Positions 1 through 7,353 of a stretch of 64,000 bases of DNA are shown here, in pieces. The notes under the pieces are model-generated. The model had not been told where the DNA came from, ran no database searches, and saw nothing but the letters and a program-made list of their open reading frames with translations. Origin of the DNA: an uncultured Phocaeicola sp. (GTDB lineage Bacteria > Bacteroidota > Bacteroidia > Bacteroidales > Bacteroidaceae); assembly GCA_964488405.1 (NCBI GenBank), contig CAZAUU010000003.1:2371-66370 (forward strand), read 5' to 3'. The stretch's first letter is position 1. The number at the start of each line of letters is the position of its first letter. The translations under genes and the position numbers were made by a program.

Positions 1-106
1 GATAGAATGGAAGTACCGGAGTAAGCAGCCAAAAACCGAAATAAAGCAGGAAATTGGCTACCAGTATGCAACAATAACTTGGCGTAAGAAGACGTTGCTT
101 TTCCAT
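1..106 (-). CDS. MFS transporter, N-terminal fragment (runs off the window start)
   Basis: Manual translation from ATG at 106: MEKQRLLTPSYCCILVANFLLYFGFWLLTPVLPFY, a typical first MFS TM helix. Lies downstream of pheS. Confidence 0.7.
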   Translation of the reverse strand, partial: MEKQRLLTPSYCCILVANFLLYFGFWLLTPVLPFY

Positions 107-215
107 AGAAACATGAAGTTACTCTTTTTGTTCTGCCACAGAGGGACACCACACGTCCTCCGTACTCCGGATTTCATCCAAACACCAATTATGTCCCCCT
201 GCAGTAAAAGCAGAA

Positions 216-1250
216 TCAGTTGGCCGCCTCAAATTCCTCAAGAAAACGGATATCGTTTTCCGAGAACATACGAAGGTCTTTCACCTTGTATTTCAAATTG
301 GTGATACGTTCTACCCCCATACCGAAAGCATAACCCGTATACACCTTGCTGTCAATGCCACAGGCATCCAACACAGCAGGATCGACCATCCCGCAACCCA
401 ATATCTCTACCCAACCGGTATATTTACAGAACGGGCATCCTTCGCCTCCACAAATGTGGCAACTGATATCCATCTCCGCACTAGGTTCGGTGAAAGGGAA
501 ATACGAGGGACGCAAGCGGATTCTCGTATCCGACCCAAACATCTCTTTGGCAAATTGGAGCAAAACCTGTTTCAGGTCGGTAAACGAAACATTCTTGTCG
601 ACATACAAACCTTCTATCTGATGGAAAAAGCAATGTGCGCGGTAACTGATAGCCTCATTACGATACACACGTCCCGGACAAATCACTCGGATAGGCGGCT
701 GCGTTACTTCCATTGTCCTTACCTGCACACTGCTGGTATGCGTGCGGAGGATGATGTTCTTCACCACCTCCTCCGGATTGGACTCCACAAAAAAAGTATC
801 CTGCATGTCGCGTGCCGGATGGTCGGCAGCAAAGTTCAACTTGGTAAATACGTGCAGGTCGTCTTCCACTTCCGGACCATCGGCAATGGTAAAGCCCAAA
901 CGACCGAAAATATCAATAATTTCATTCCGTACAATGCTCAACGGATGACGGGTACCCAATTTTACCGGATATGCTGTACGTGTAAGGTCCAGGTCCGACC
1001 TATCGGAATCCTGCCCCTCGAACATTTCCTTCAATGCGGCGATGCGTTCTTGCGTACGGTTCTTCAATTCATTCAACTTCATCCCTACCTCTTTTTTCTG
1101 CTCGGCAGGGACATTCCGGAAATCGGCCATCAGGGCATTAATGATTCCTTTCTTACTCAAATATTTGATACGGAGTGCTTCCAGTTCTCCCACATTTTGG
1201 GCGGTCAGCTGATCCACTTCCTGAAGCAATTCTTCTATTCTCGCTAACAT
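216..1250 (-). CDS. pheS: Phenylalanine--tRNA ligase alpha subunit
   Basis: Motifs HPARDMQDTF, LRTHTS, FHQIEG, YFPFTEPS, GYAFGMGVER. Confidence 0.98.
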   Translation of the reverse strand: MLARIEELLQEVDQLTAQNVGELEALRIKYLSKKGIINALMADFRNVPAEQKKEVGMKLNELKNRTQERIAALKEMFEGQDSDRSDLDLTRTAYPVKLGTRHPLSIVRNEIIDIFGRLGFTIADGPEVEDDLHVFTKLNFAADHPARDMQDTFFVESNPEEVVKNIILRTHTSSVQVRTMEVTQPPIRVICPGRVYRNEAISYRAHCFFHQIEGLYVDKNVSFTDLKQVLLQFAKEMFGSDTRIRLRPSYFPFTEPSAEMDISCHICGGEGCPFCKYTGWVEILGCGMVDPAVLDACGIDSKVYTGYAFGMGVERITNLKYKVKDLRMFSENDIRFLEEFEAAN

Positions 1251-1273
1251 AACCTACTATTGTATTTCGGTTG

Positions 1274-1281
1274 CAAAGATA
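1274..1281 (-). promoter_or_regulatory. Bacteroidetes sigmaA -7 box (TATCTTTG) for pheS
   Basis: Matches TAnnTTTG, about 24 nt upstream of the ATG. Confidence 0.65.
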
Positions 1282-1409
1282 AGGATTAAAACTGAATTAT
1301 GTTCTTTCTCGTCCTACAAAAAAGAAAATGAAACCATACCGGCAAACAAGACAAATACCCAGCGACTGGCGTATGCTTTTGCTGAATTTGCCGGAAATTT
1401 AACCGGCTC

Positions 1410-1443
1410 TTTGCAGTACGAATAAAAAAAAGAACTACCTTTG
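1410..1443 (+). promoter_or_regulatory. sigmaA promoter (TTTG ... TACCTTTG) for the lipoprotein-murB-MBL operon
   Basis: TTTG at 1410-1413 and TACCTTTG at 1436-1443. Confidence 0.6.
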
Positions 1444-1470
1444 CACAATGATTTTTCAGAAGAATCGATC

Positions 1471-2334
1471 ATGAAAAAAATTATACTCGGATGTTGCCTG
1501 CTCATAACCATGACAACTTCCTGCGGGAAAGGGAAAAGCAAGATAGACCCTTTTGAAGCACTGACGGAACAACTGGATTCCTTACAGCTTCATACGGATG
1601 AGGTATCGGATACGGTTCCCGTACGCCAAGAGACGGTCCCTGTTACCGCCGATGAAAGTTTTGACGATTTCTTCTACAACTTTGCTTCAAACGAACGTTT
1701 CCAGCATTCACGCATTATTTTTCCCATCTCTTATTACCAGGGAAACGAGGTGACACGCATAGCCAAAAACGAATGGGAATATGACCCGTTGTTCAGCCAA
1801 GAACCCGTATACACCATCCTTTTCGACAAGGAGGAAGAGATGGAAATGGAAAAAGACACCGCGATACACAGCGTACAGGTAGACTGGATTTACCTGCACG
1901 ACCGGAAAGTGAAACGCTATTATTTCCAGCGTGTGGCAAACAGCTGGTTCCTGGAAGCCATAAACAAGGAACATCTGGCTTATAATACCGCAGAAGGGAA
2001 AGAAGATTTTTTCGACTTTTATTTCCGGTTTGCCAACGATTCGATATTTCAAAGCAGACGCCTGCGACGCCCGTTGAAATTTATTACCGCCGATCCCGAA
2101 GACGAATTCCAGATTCTGGAAACAACGCTCGATGAAGGACAGTGGTTTTCCTTCCGACCGCCTTTATTGAAAGAACGGCTCACCAATGTACACTATGGGC
2201 AGGAAGCGGTGCCCGATCCTGATTCAAAGATTATCGAATTCAAGGGTTTCGGGAACGGATTTAGCAACACGCTTTATTTCGAATGCCGGAGGGGAGAGTG
2301 GAAACTGATAAAGTTCGAGGATTTGAGCGACTGA
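1471..2334 (+). CDS. DUF4348-type lipoprotein
   Basis: Start at ATG 1471 (MKKIILGCCLLITMTTSC, lipobox). Two repeats of an ESFDDFFYNF...FQ.SR-like domain. Confidence 0.75.
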   Translation: MKKIILGCCLLITMTTSCGKGKSKIDPFEALTEQLDSLQLHTDEVSDTVPVRQETVPVTADESFDDFFYNFASNERFQHSRIIFPISYYQGNEVTRIAKNEWEYDPLFSQEPVYTILFDKEEEMEMEKDTAIHSVQVDWIYLHDRKVKRYYFQRVANSWFLEAINKEHLAYNTAEGKEDFFDFYFRFANDSIFQSRRLRRPLKFITADPEDEFQILETTLDEGQWFSFRPPLLKERLTNVHYGQEAVPDPDSKIIEFKGFGNGFSNTLYFECRRGEWKLIKFEDLSD

Positions 2335-2403
2335 ACCTTCCTAACCGGAATGGACAAAATCGTTACAGGTCAAGTTTTGTAAGTTGTTGGAATTCATTCA
2401 GAC

Positions 2404-3414
2404 ATGAAAGATATACGGAACCATTCGCTATTGCCCCATAATACATTCGGCATGAACGTAAGGGCAGACCGTTTTGTGGAATACGAATCCGAAGAAGAAC
2501 TTCGGACATTTCTGGAAAGCCGGGTAGAATCCATTCCCCTATTGCATATAGGAAGCGGGAGCAACCTGCTTTTCTTGGGCGACTATCACGGTACGATCCT
2601 GCATTCTGCCATCCACGGATACGAAGTGACCGGAGAAACCACCGACTGGATAGAGGTACGCGTCGGTGCCGGTGTGGCATGGGACGATTTCGTAGCTTAT
2701 TCGGTAAAGCAAGGCTGGTATGGGGCTGAAAACCTGTCGCTGATACCCGGTGAAGTGGGGGCTTCGGCAGTACAGAACATCGGAGCCTACGGTGTGGAAG
2801 TGAAAGACTTGATTTCAACGGTCGACACCCGGTGTATTGCAACGGGGGAAGCCCGGCGTTTCATGAATGCCGAGTGCCGTTATGGCTACAGGCAAAGCAT
2901 CTTCAAACAGGAACTGAAAGGATGCTACATCGTGACCCATGTGACGTTCCGGCTGAGCAAACGCCCCGTATGGCATCTGGACTATGGAAATATCCGGTCT
3001 GAACTGGCCAAGGAGGGCGGAAAGCCCACATTAGGAATCCTGCGGGACATCATCATCCGCATCCGGAAAGCGAAATTGCCCGACCCTGCACAGACAGGAA
3101 ACGCCGGAAGCTTTTTCATGAACCCCGTCATCCCACGCGAACAATTCGAAGAACTGCTCCGTTTTTACCCCGATATGCCGCACTATCCTGCCGGGGAGGG
3201 ATATGTCAAGATACCTGCCGGATGGCTGATAGACCGTTGCGGATGGAAAGGGAAAACAAAAGGAAGAGCCGGAGTGCATGACAGACAGGCTTTGGTATTG
3301 GTCAACCGGGGAGGAGCCACAGGTGAAGAAATCAGGCAGCTTGCCTGCGAAGTGGCAGACTCGGTGAAAACGAAATTCGGCATCGGAATCTGCACCGAAG
3401 TCAATTATATCTGA
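2404..3414 (+). CDS. murB: UDP-N-acetylenolpyruvoylglucosamine reductase
   Basis: [51 protein letters not shown]. Confidence 0.97.
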   Translation: MKDIRNHSLLPHNTFGMNVRADRFVEYESEEELRTFLESRVESIPLLHIGSGSNLLFLGDYHGTILHSAIHGYEVTGETTDWIEVRVGAGVAWDDFVAYSVKQGWYGAENLSLIPGEVGASAVQNIGAYGVEVKDLISTVDTRCIATGEARRFMNAECRYGYRQSIFKQELKGCYIVTHVTFRLSKRPVWHLDYGNIRSELAKEGGKPTLGILRDIIIRIRKAKLPDPAQTGNAGSFFMNPVIPREQFEELLRFYPDMPHYPAGEGYVKIPAGWLIDRCGWKGKTKGRAGVHDRQALVLVNRGGATGEEIRQLACEVADSVKTKFGIGICTEVNYI

Positions 3415-3471
3415 AACGGCACAACAACACCTGATATAATAACCTGATAAATGGTAAACGACACACATAAG

Positions 3472-4251
3472 ATGAAAATAACGGTATTGGGAAGCGGTAC
3501 TTCCACCGGAGTGCCGCAAGTGGGATGCACGTGCCGGGTATGTACCAGTCATGACCCACACGACAAACGCCTGCGCTGCTCGGCACTGGTGGAAACCGAA
3601 GGGGTACGGATTCTGATCGACTGCGGCCCCGATTTCCGGGAGCAAAGCCTGCGCTTGCCCGAATTCTTGCCCATTGACGGCGTACTGATTACCCACGAAC
3701 ATTACGACCACGTAGGCGGACTGGATGATTTACGCCCCTTCTGTCACTTCCGGGACATTCCGGTATATGCCGAAGCCAATACGGTCGACAGCCTGCAAAA
3801 ACGCATCCCTTATTGTTTCGCGGAACATCCTTATCCGGGTGTTCCCCGCATCCCTCTCGTCCTCGTCCGGCCCTACGTCCCATTTGCAGTAAGCAACAAG
3901 GACGGACACGCTGTCGAAGTCATCCCCATCCGCGTGATGCACGGGAAACTTCCCATCGTAGGTTTCCGCATCGGCAGCATGGCATGGATTACAGACATGC
4001 TTACCCTGCCCGATGAGGCCTACGGCTACCTGGAAAATTTGGAGTGCCTGTTCATGAACGCCCTCCGTATCACCCCCCACATCACCCACCAGTCGCTACA
4101 GGAAGCGTTGGAGCAAACCACACGCATCCATGCCCGCCAGACCTACTTCATCCATGCAAGCCACCAAATCGGGCTGCATACAGCTGTGGAACAAACCCTT
4201 CCTCCCCGCGTCCATCTGGCATACGACGGGTTAGAAGTGCGAATACCTTGA
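3472..4251 (+). CDS. PhnP-like metallo-beta-lactamase-fold hydrolase
   Basis: GSGTSTGVP..GC.C..C, THEHYDH, C-terminal AYDG. Start probably ATG 3472 (alternative 3451). Confidence 0.9.
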   Translation: MKITVLGSGTSTGVPQVGCTCRVCTSHDPHDKRLRCSALVETEGVRILIDCGPDFREQSLRLPEFLPIDGVLITHEHYDHVGGLDDLRPFCHFRDIPVYAEANTVDSLQKRIPYCFAEHPYPGVPRIPLVLVRPYVPFAVSNKDGHAVEVIPIRVMHGKLPIVGFRIGSMAWITDMLTLPDEAYGYLENLECLFMNALRITPHITHQSLQEALEQTTRIHARQTYFIHASHQIGLHTAVEQTLPPRVHLAYDGLEVRIP

Positions 4252-4292
4252 TTATTTCATTGCATGGACGCCCGCCCGGCAAGGCAGGCCCG

Positions 4293-4334
4293 AAAGCGCG
4301 TGCTCCCCGCGAATCACTTCGCAGGGAGCGCTTT
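4293..4334. terminator. Stem-loop between convergent units (probably bidirectional terminator; 3' hairpin of the sRNA candidate)
   Basis: AAAGCGCgt-GCTCCCCGCGAA-tcac-TTCGCAGGGAGC-GCTTT. A second GC hairpin lies at ~4270-4289. Confidence 0.7.
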
Positions 4335-4387
4335 AACTAATAACTAACTTTTTTACTTTGTGGTTTACGTAATCTCATATGACTAAC
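4293..4387 (-). ncRNA. Candidate trans-acting small RNA (~95 nt, up to ~120 nt if the second hairpin is included)
   Basis: Own -7 box TATATTTG (4392-4399) and -33-like ATTG 20 nt upstream, predicted +1 G at ~4387, unstructured 5' half, 3' hairpin. The seed is complementary to Fe-S gene start regions at 34625-34645 and 18793-18808. Confidence 0.7.
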
Positions 4388-4391
4388 GATG

Positions 4392-4440
4392 CAAATATAC
4401 AGGCTTTCCACAGTTTCCACAATACCTAATTTTGGGTATT
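4392..4440 (-). promoter_or_regulatory. Promoter of the sRNA candidate with a 20-bp palindromic operator overlapping the -33 element
   Basis: TATATTTG at 4392-4399; AATACC-TAATTTTG-GGTATT at 4421-4440. Confidence 0.7.
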
Positions 4441-4449
4441 TTAGCGCAT

Positions 4450-5058
4450 CTACAACTTCATCTTCACTTCACTCAGTTCTACCAACTTGTTGACAATGGC
4501 ATAGATAGTCAAGCCTGAAACAGAGTGTATCTGCAACTTGCGGGTGATGTTACGCCGGTGCGTGATTACCGTATGCACGGAGATATACAGTTTTTCGGCT
4601 ATCTCCTTATTGGTCATCCCCCGCACCACGCAGCAGATGATTTCTTTCTCACGCTGGCTCAATGCATTCTGGTCCCCGTCCTCATCGTCCGAGAAATCCA
4701 TCAGCATCGCAATCTTTTTCTCCACAGACTCCACATCGTCGTACAGATTGATGCTGTCGTCATAACCTTTCAACTGATTGGCATCGATAAACGTACAGAG
4801 CAATGCCACCACCTTCAGATCGGCATGCGGGTAATGCTCCTTCAATGCATCGACATCAAACCAGCCTTCAAATTGCGGATTGGCAATCAATATCTGCGGG
4901 CTATGTGCCTCCATGCAATGCTGAAGCCCTTCTTTTGAAGTAATCTCGACGGTCTGGATATTCAGGTCGGACAAACGCTTCAATACAGCTACCAACCCGC
5001 TCCGGATAATAATCGAAGTTTCCGCCACAGCCACTGATATGATTTCCTGGGATTTCAT
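4450..5058 (-). CDS. LuxR/NarL-family regulator with an atypical receiver domain (CdhR-like)
   Basis: C-terminal LSQREKEII...GMTNKEIAEKLYISVHTVITHRRNI HTH. The receiver reads ILIANP where the phospho-Asp is expected. Confidence 0.9.
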   Translation of the reverse strand: MKSQEIISVAVAETSIIIRSGLVAVLKRLSDLNIQTVEITSKEGLQHCMEAHSPQILIANPQFEGWFDVDALKEHYPHADLKVVALLCTFIDANQLKGYDDSINLYDDVESVEKKIAMLMDFSDDEDGDQNALSQREKEIICCVVRGMTNKEIAEKLYISVHTVITHRRNITRKLQIHSVSGLTIYAIVNKLVELSEVKMKL

Positions 5059-5747
5059 TTTGCCTCCTTTTCCAATTCCATTATGGCAGGGACAAACAAG
5101 TAATCTTCCACCCGGTTGTGTGATGCCAAATCCTCCTCACAACTGAATATGTCGAACAGCGTTGAGTTTAACAACTGATTGTCGCCATCGGCCGGATAAT
5201 ATTTGATAATGATATTCTTCAACTCTATCAGTTTGGCATTAATCTGATCATGACGGCGGGCAAACACGCCGATACTGTATCCTGCCGGATGCTCTCCCTG
5301 CAACAAACTCCTGACGTAAGCAAACACCTTGTCGTTCTCGTATTCCATGTGCTGGCGCACTTCTTCCACATACGCATCAAAAAACTGAAGGATGAGGAAA
5401 GCCACCTCGTTGTTCAAGGAAAAATTGATAGCCTCAATCAGTTTCCGGCGGATAGTAGGCAACTGGAAATCGAGGAAATACGAATGGGCACGACACAAAT
5501 AGTCCATTAATGCCGGTACGGAAAGCCCGCTGATATGGTCCTGCATGCGGTTACTTTCTTCAGTCAGGAAATTTACCACAATAAGAAACGTGGCACAATC
5601 TACCTTGTGCTCATCACAAACCTCCCTGACGGATTTGTCACCGAACCCTAACGACAAGCCGAAGCGGCTCAATACCTGGAGCAATGCATAATTCTCACAA
5701 ATCAGGTCGCTCATCTTGTCAGTCGGTTTATAGATCTTTTTACACAT
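5055..5747 (-). CDS. Hemerythrin/RIC(YtfE)-like di-iron domain protein
   Basis: ScdA_N-like GFGDKSVREVC, then His/Glu ligands H..HMEYE..H..HNRVED. 4-bp overlap with the LuxR gene. Start likely ATG 5747 (alternative 5765). Confidence 0.85.
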   Translation of the reverse strand: MCKKIYKPTDKMSDLICENYALLQVLSRFGLSLGFGDKSVREVCDEHKVDCATFLIVVNFLTEESNRMQDHISGLSVPALMDYLCRAHSYFLDFQLPTIRRKLIEAINFSLNNEVAFLILQFFDAYVEEVRQHMEYENDKVFAYVRSLLQGEHPAGYSIGVFARRHDQINAKLIELKNIIIKYYPADGDNQLLNSTLFDIFSCEEDLASHNRVEDYLFVPAIMELEKEAK

Positions 5748-5805
5748 ACAAAAAAGCGAATCCATTTTTTCATTTACAAAATAATACAATCCATTCCAAA
5801 ACAGC

Positions 5806-5852
5806 AATCCCCATTTGTTGGTATATTATGGGGCGTTTCCTACGCAAATATA
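5806..5852 (-). promoter_or_regulatory. Promoter of the hemerythrin-LuxR operon with a degenerate copy of the 20-bp operator in the leader
   Basis: TATATTTG at 5845-5852. AATCCCCATTTGTTGGTATA at 5806-5825 matches 4421-4440 at 14/20 positions. Confidence 0.5.
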
Positions 5853-6073
5853 ATTGAAACAATAGGATTTATCCCTATTTCTGGTGAAAGAATCGGGGAC
5901 CGGGTACATCCGCAATTCGTTTTTTTCCCAGGATTAGTCAAGAAATATCCACAACCGCACCGGACAAAATGTAGAGAAATTACACAACCGTTCCTCAAAA
6001 AATCTACATGATGCTGGCCGGAAGTCAGGATTTAGTTTTCTGAATCCCAACATATCAAATTTTATCGTATCTT

Positions 6074-6088
6074 TGGCACGTGTATTGC
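6074..6088 (+). promoter_or_regulatory. sigma54 -24/-12 promoter for RND operon 1
   Basis: TGGCACG-TGTA-TTGC, an exact GG-N10-GC consensus. Overlaps a TATCTTTG box at 6068-6075. Confidence 0.75.
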
Positions 6089-6129
6089 CTACATCATTGT
6101 GGCATCTTAACCCCTAACAAAAAATTGGT

Positions 6130-7323
6130 ATGAAGAAGCGTTTTTTAACGAAAAGAGACCTGAAACTGAAAAAGAGACAAATCATCTACACCGCTGTAGG
6201 CATCATAGCCATTATCGCCGTTTACCTGGTTCTGACCAGGGAAAAGGAAAAAGCCCCCGAAGCCCCCGTCGTCAGTGTGGTTCCGGCACAGCGGCAAGAT
6301 GTGGAAATCTACGGTGAATACGTAGGGCGCATCCGCGCACAACAGTTTGTAGAGGTGCGTGCACGCGTGGAAGGATTTCTGGAACAAATGCTCTTCGAAG
6401 AAGGGAGCCAAGTCAAGCGAAGCCAAGTATTGTTCATCATCAACCAAGAACAATATCAGGCAAAGGTAGACAAGGCACGCGCCCAACTGAAAAAAGACGA
6501 GGCCACCGCACGCAAAGCGGAACGCGACCTGAACCGTATCCGCCCGCTGTACGAACAGAATGCTGCCAGCCAACTGGACCTTGACAACGCCATCGCCGCA
6601 TACGAAACCGCCGTGGCAAGCGTGGGGATGAGCCAAGCGGACCTCGACCAGGCGGAACAGGAATTAAGCTATACGGTAGTACGTTCCCCGATTGCCGGAC
6701 AAATCAGTGAACGGCATGTCGACTTGGGAACACTCGTAGGAACTTCGGGCAAATCACTGCTTGCCACCATTGTAAAGAGCGACACGGTGTTGGTAGACTT
6801 CAGCATGACTGCTTTGGACTACCTGAAAAGCAAAGAACGCAACATCATCATCGGACAGAAAGACTCCACCCGTTCATGGCAACCCACCGTCACCATCACC
6901 CTGCCCGACAACAGCGTGTATCCTTACAAAGGGCTGGTAGACTTTGCCGAACCCCAAGTCGACCCCAAAACAGGCACATTCTCGGTGCGTGCCGAAATGA
7001 GCAATCCGGAGCACGTCCTGCTTCCGGGACAGTTCACAAAGGTCAAACTGTTGCTTGATGTACGCGAGAATGCCACGGTCGTACCCCACAAGGCATTGAT
7101 TATAGAAAAAGGAGGAGCCTATATTTTTGTCATGCGCAAGGATTCCACTGCCGAAAAACGGTTCATCGAACTGGGACCTGAATTCGGAAACGATGTGGTG
7201 ATTGAACGCGGGTTGGTTCCGGGCGAAATGATTGTAGACGAGGGTTACCACAAACTGACTCCGGGCATCAAGATGCGTATCGGCAAAGTGAACGCAGAAA
7301 CGGAGAAGAAAGAAGAGGAATAA
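6130..7323 (+). CDS. RND efflux periplasmic adaptor (MFP)
   Basis: VEVRARVEG, alpha-hairpin, SPIAG, TGTFSVRA, LLPGQF. Confidence 0.95.
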   Translation: MKKRFLTKRDLKLKKRQIIYTAVGIIAIIAVYLVLTREKEKAPEAPVVSVVPAQRQDVEIYGEYVGRIRAQQFVEVRARVEGFLEQMLFEEGSQVKRSQVLFIINQEQYQAKVDKARAQLKKDEATARKAERDLNRIRPLYEQNAASQLDLDNAIAAYETAVASVGMSQADLDQAEQELSYTVVRSPIAGQISERHVDLGTLVGTSGKSLLATIVKSDTVLVDFSMTALDYLKSKERNIIIGQKDSTRSWQPTVTITLPDNSVYPYKGLVDFAEPQVDPKTGTFSVRAEMSNPEHVLLPGQFTKVKLLLDVRENATVVPHKALIIEKGGAYIFVMRKDSTAEKRFIELGPEFGNDVVIERGLVPGEMIVDEGYHKLTPGIKMRIGKVNAETEKKEEE

Positions 7324-7353
7324 ACCGGCAACCATTTTTTAACGCGACAACCC

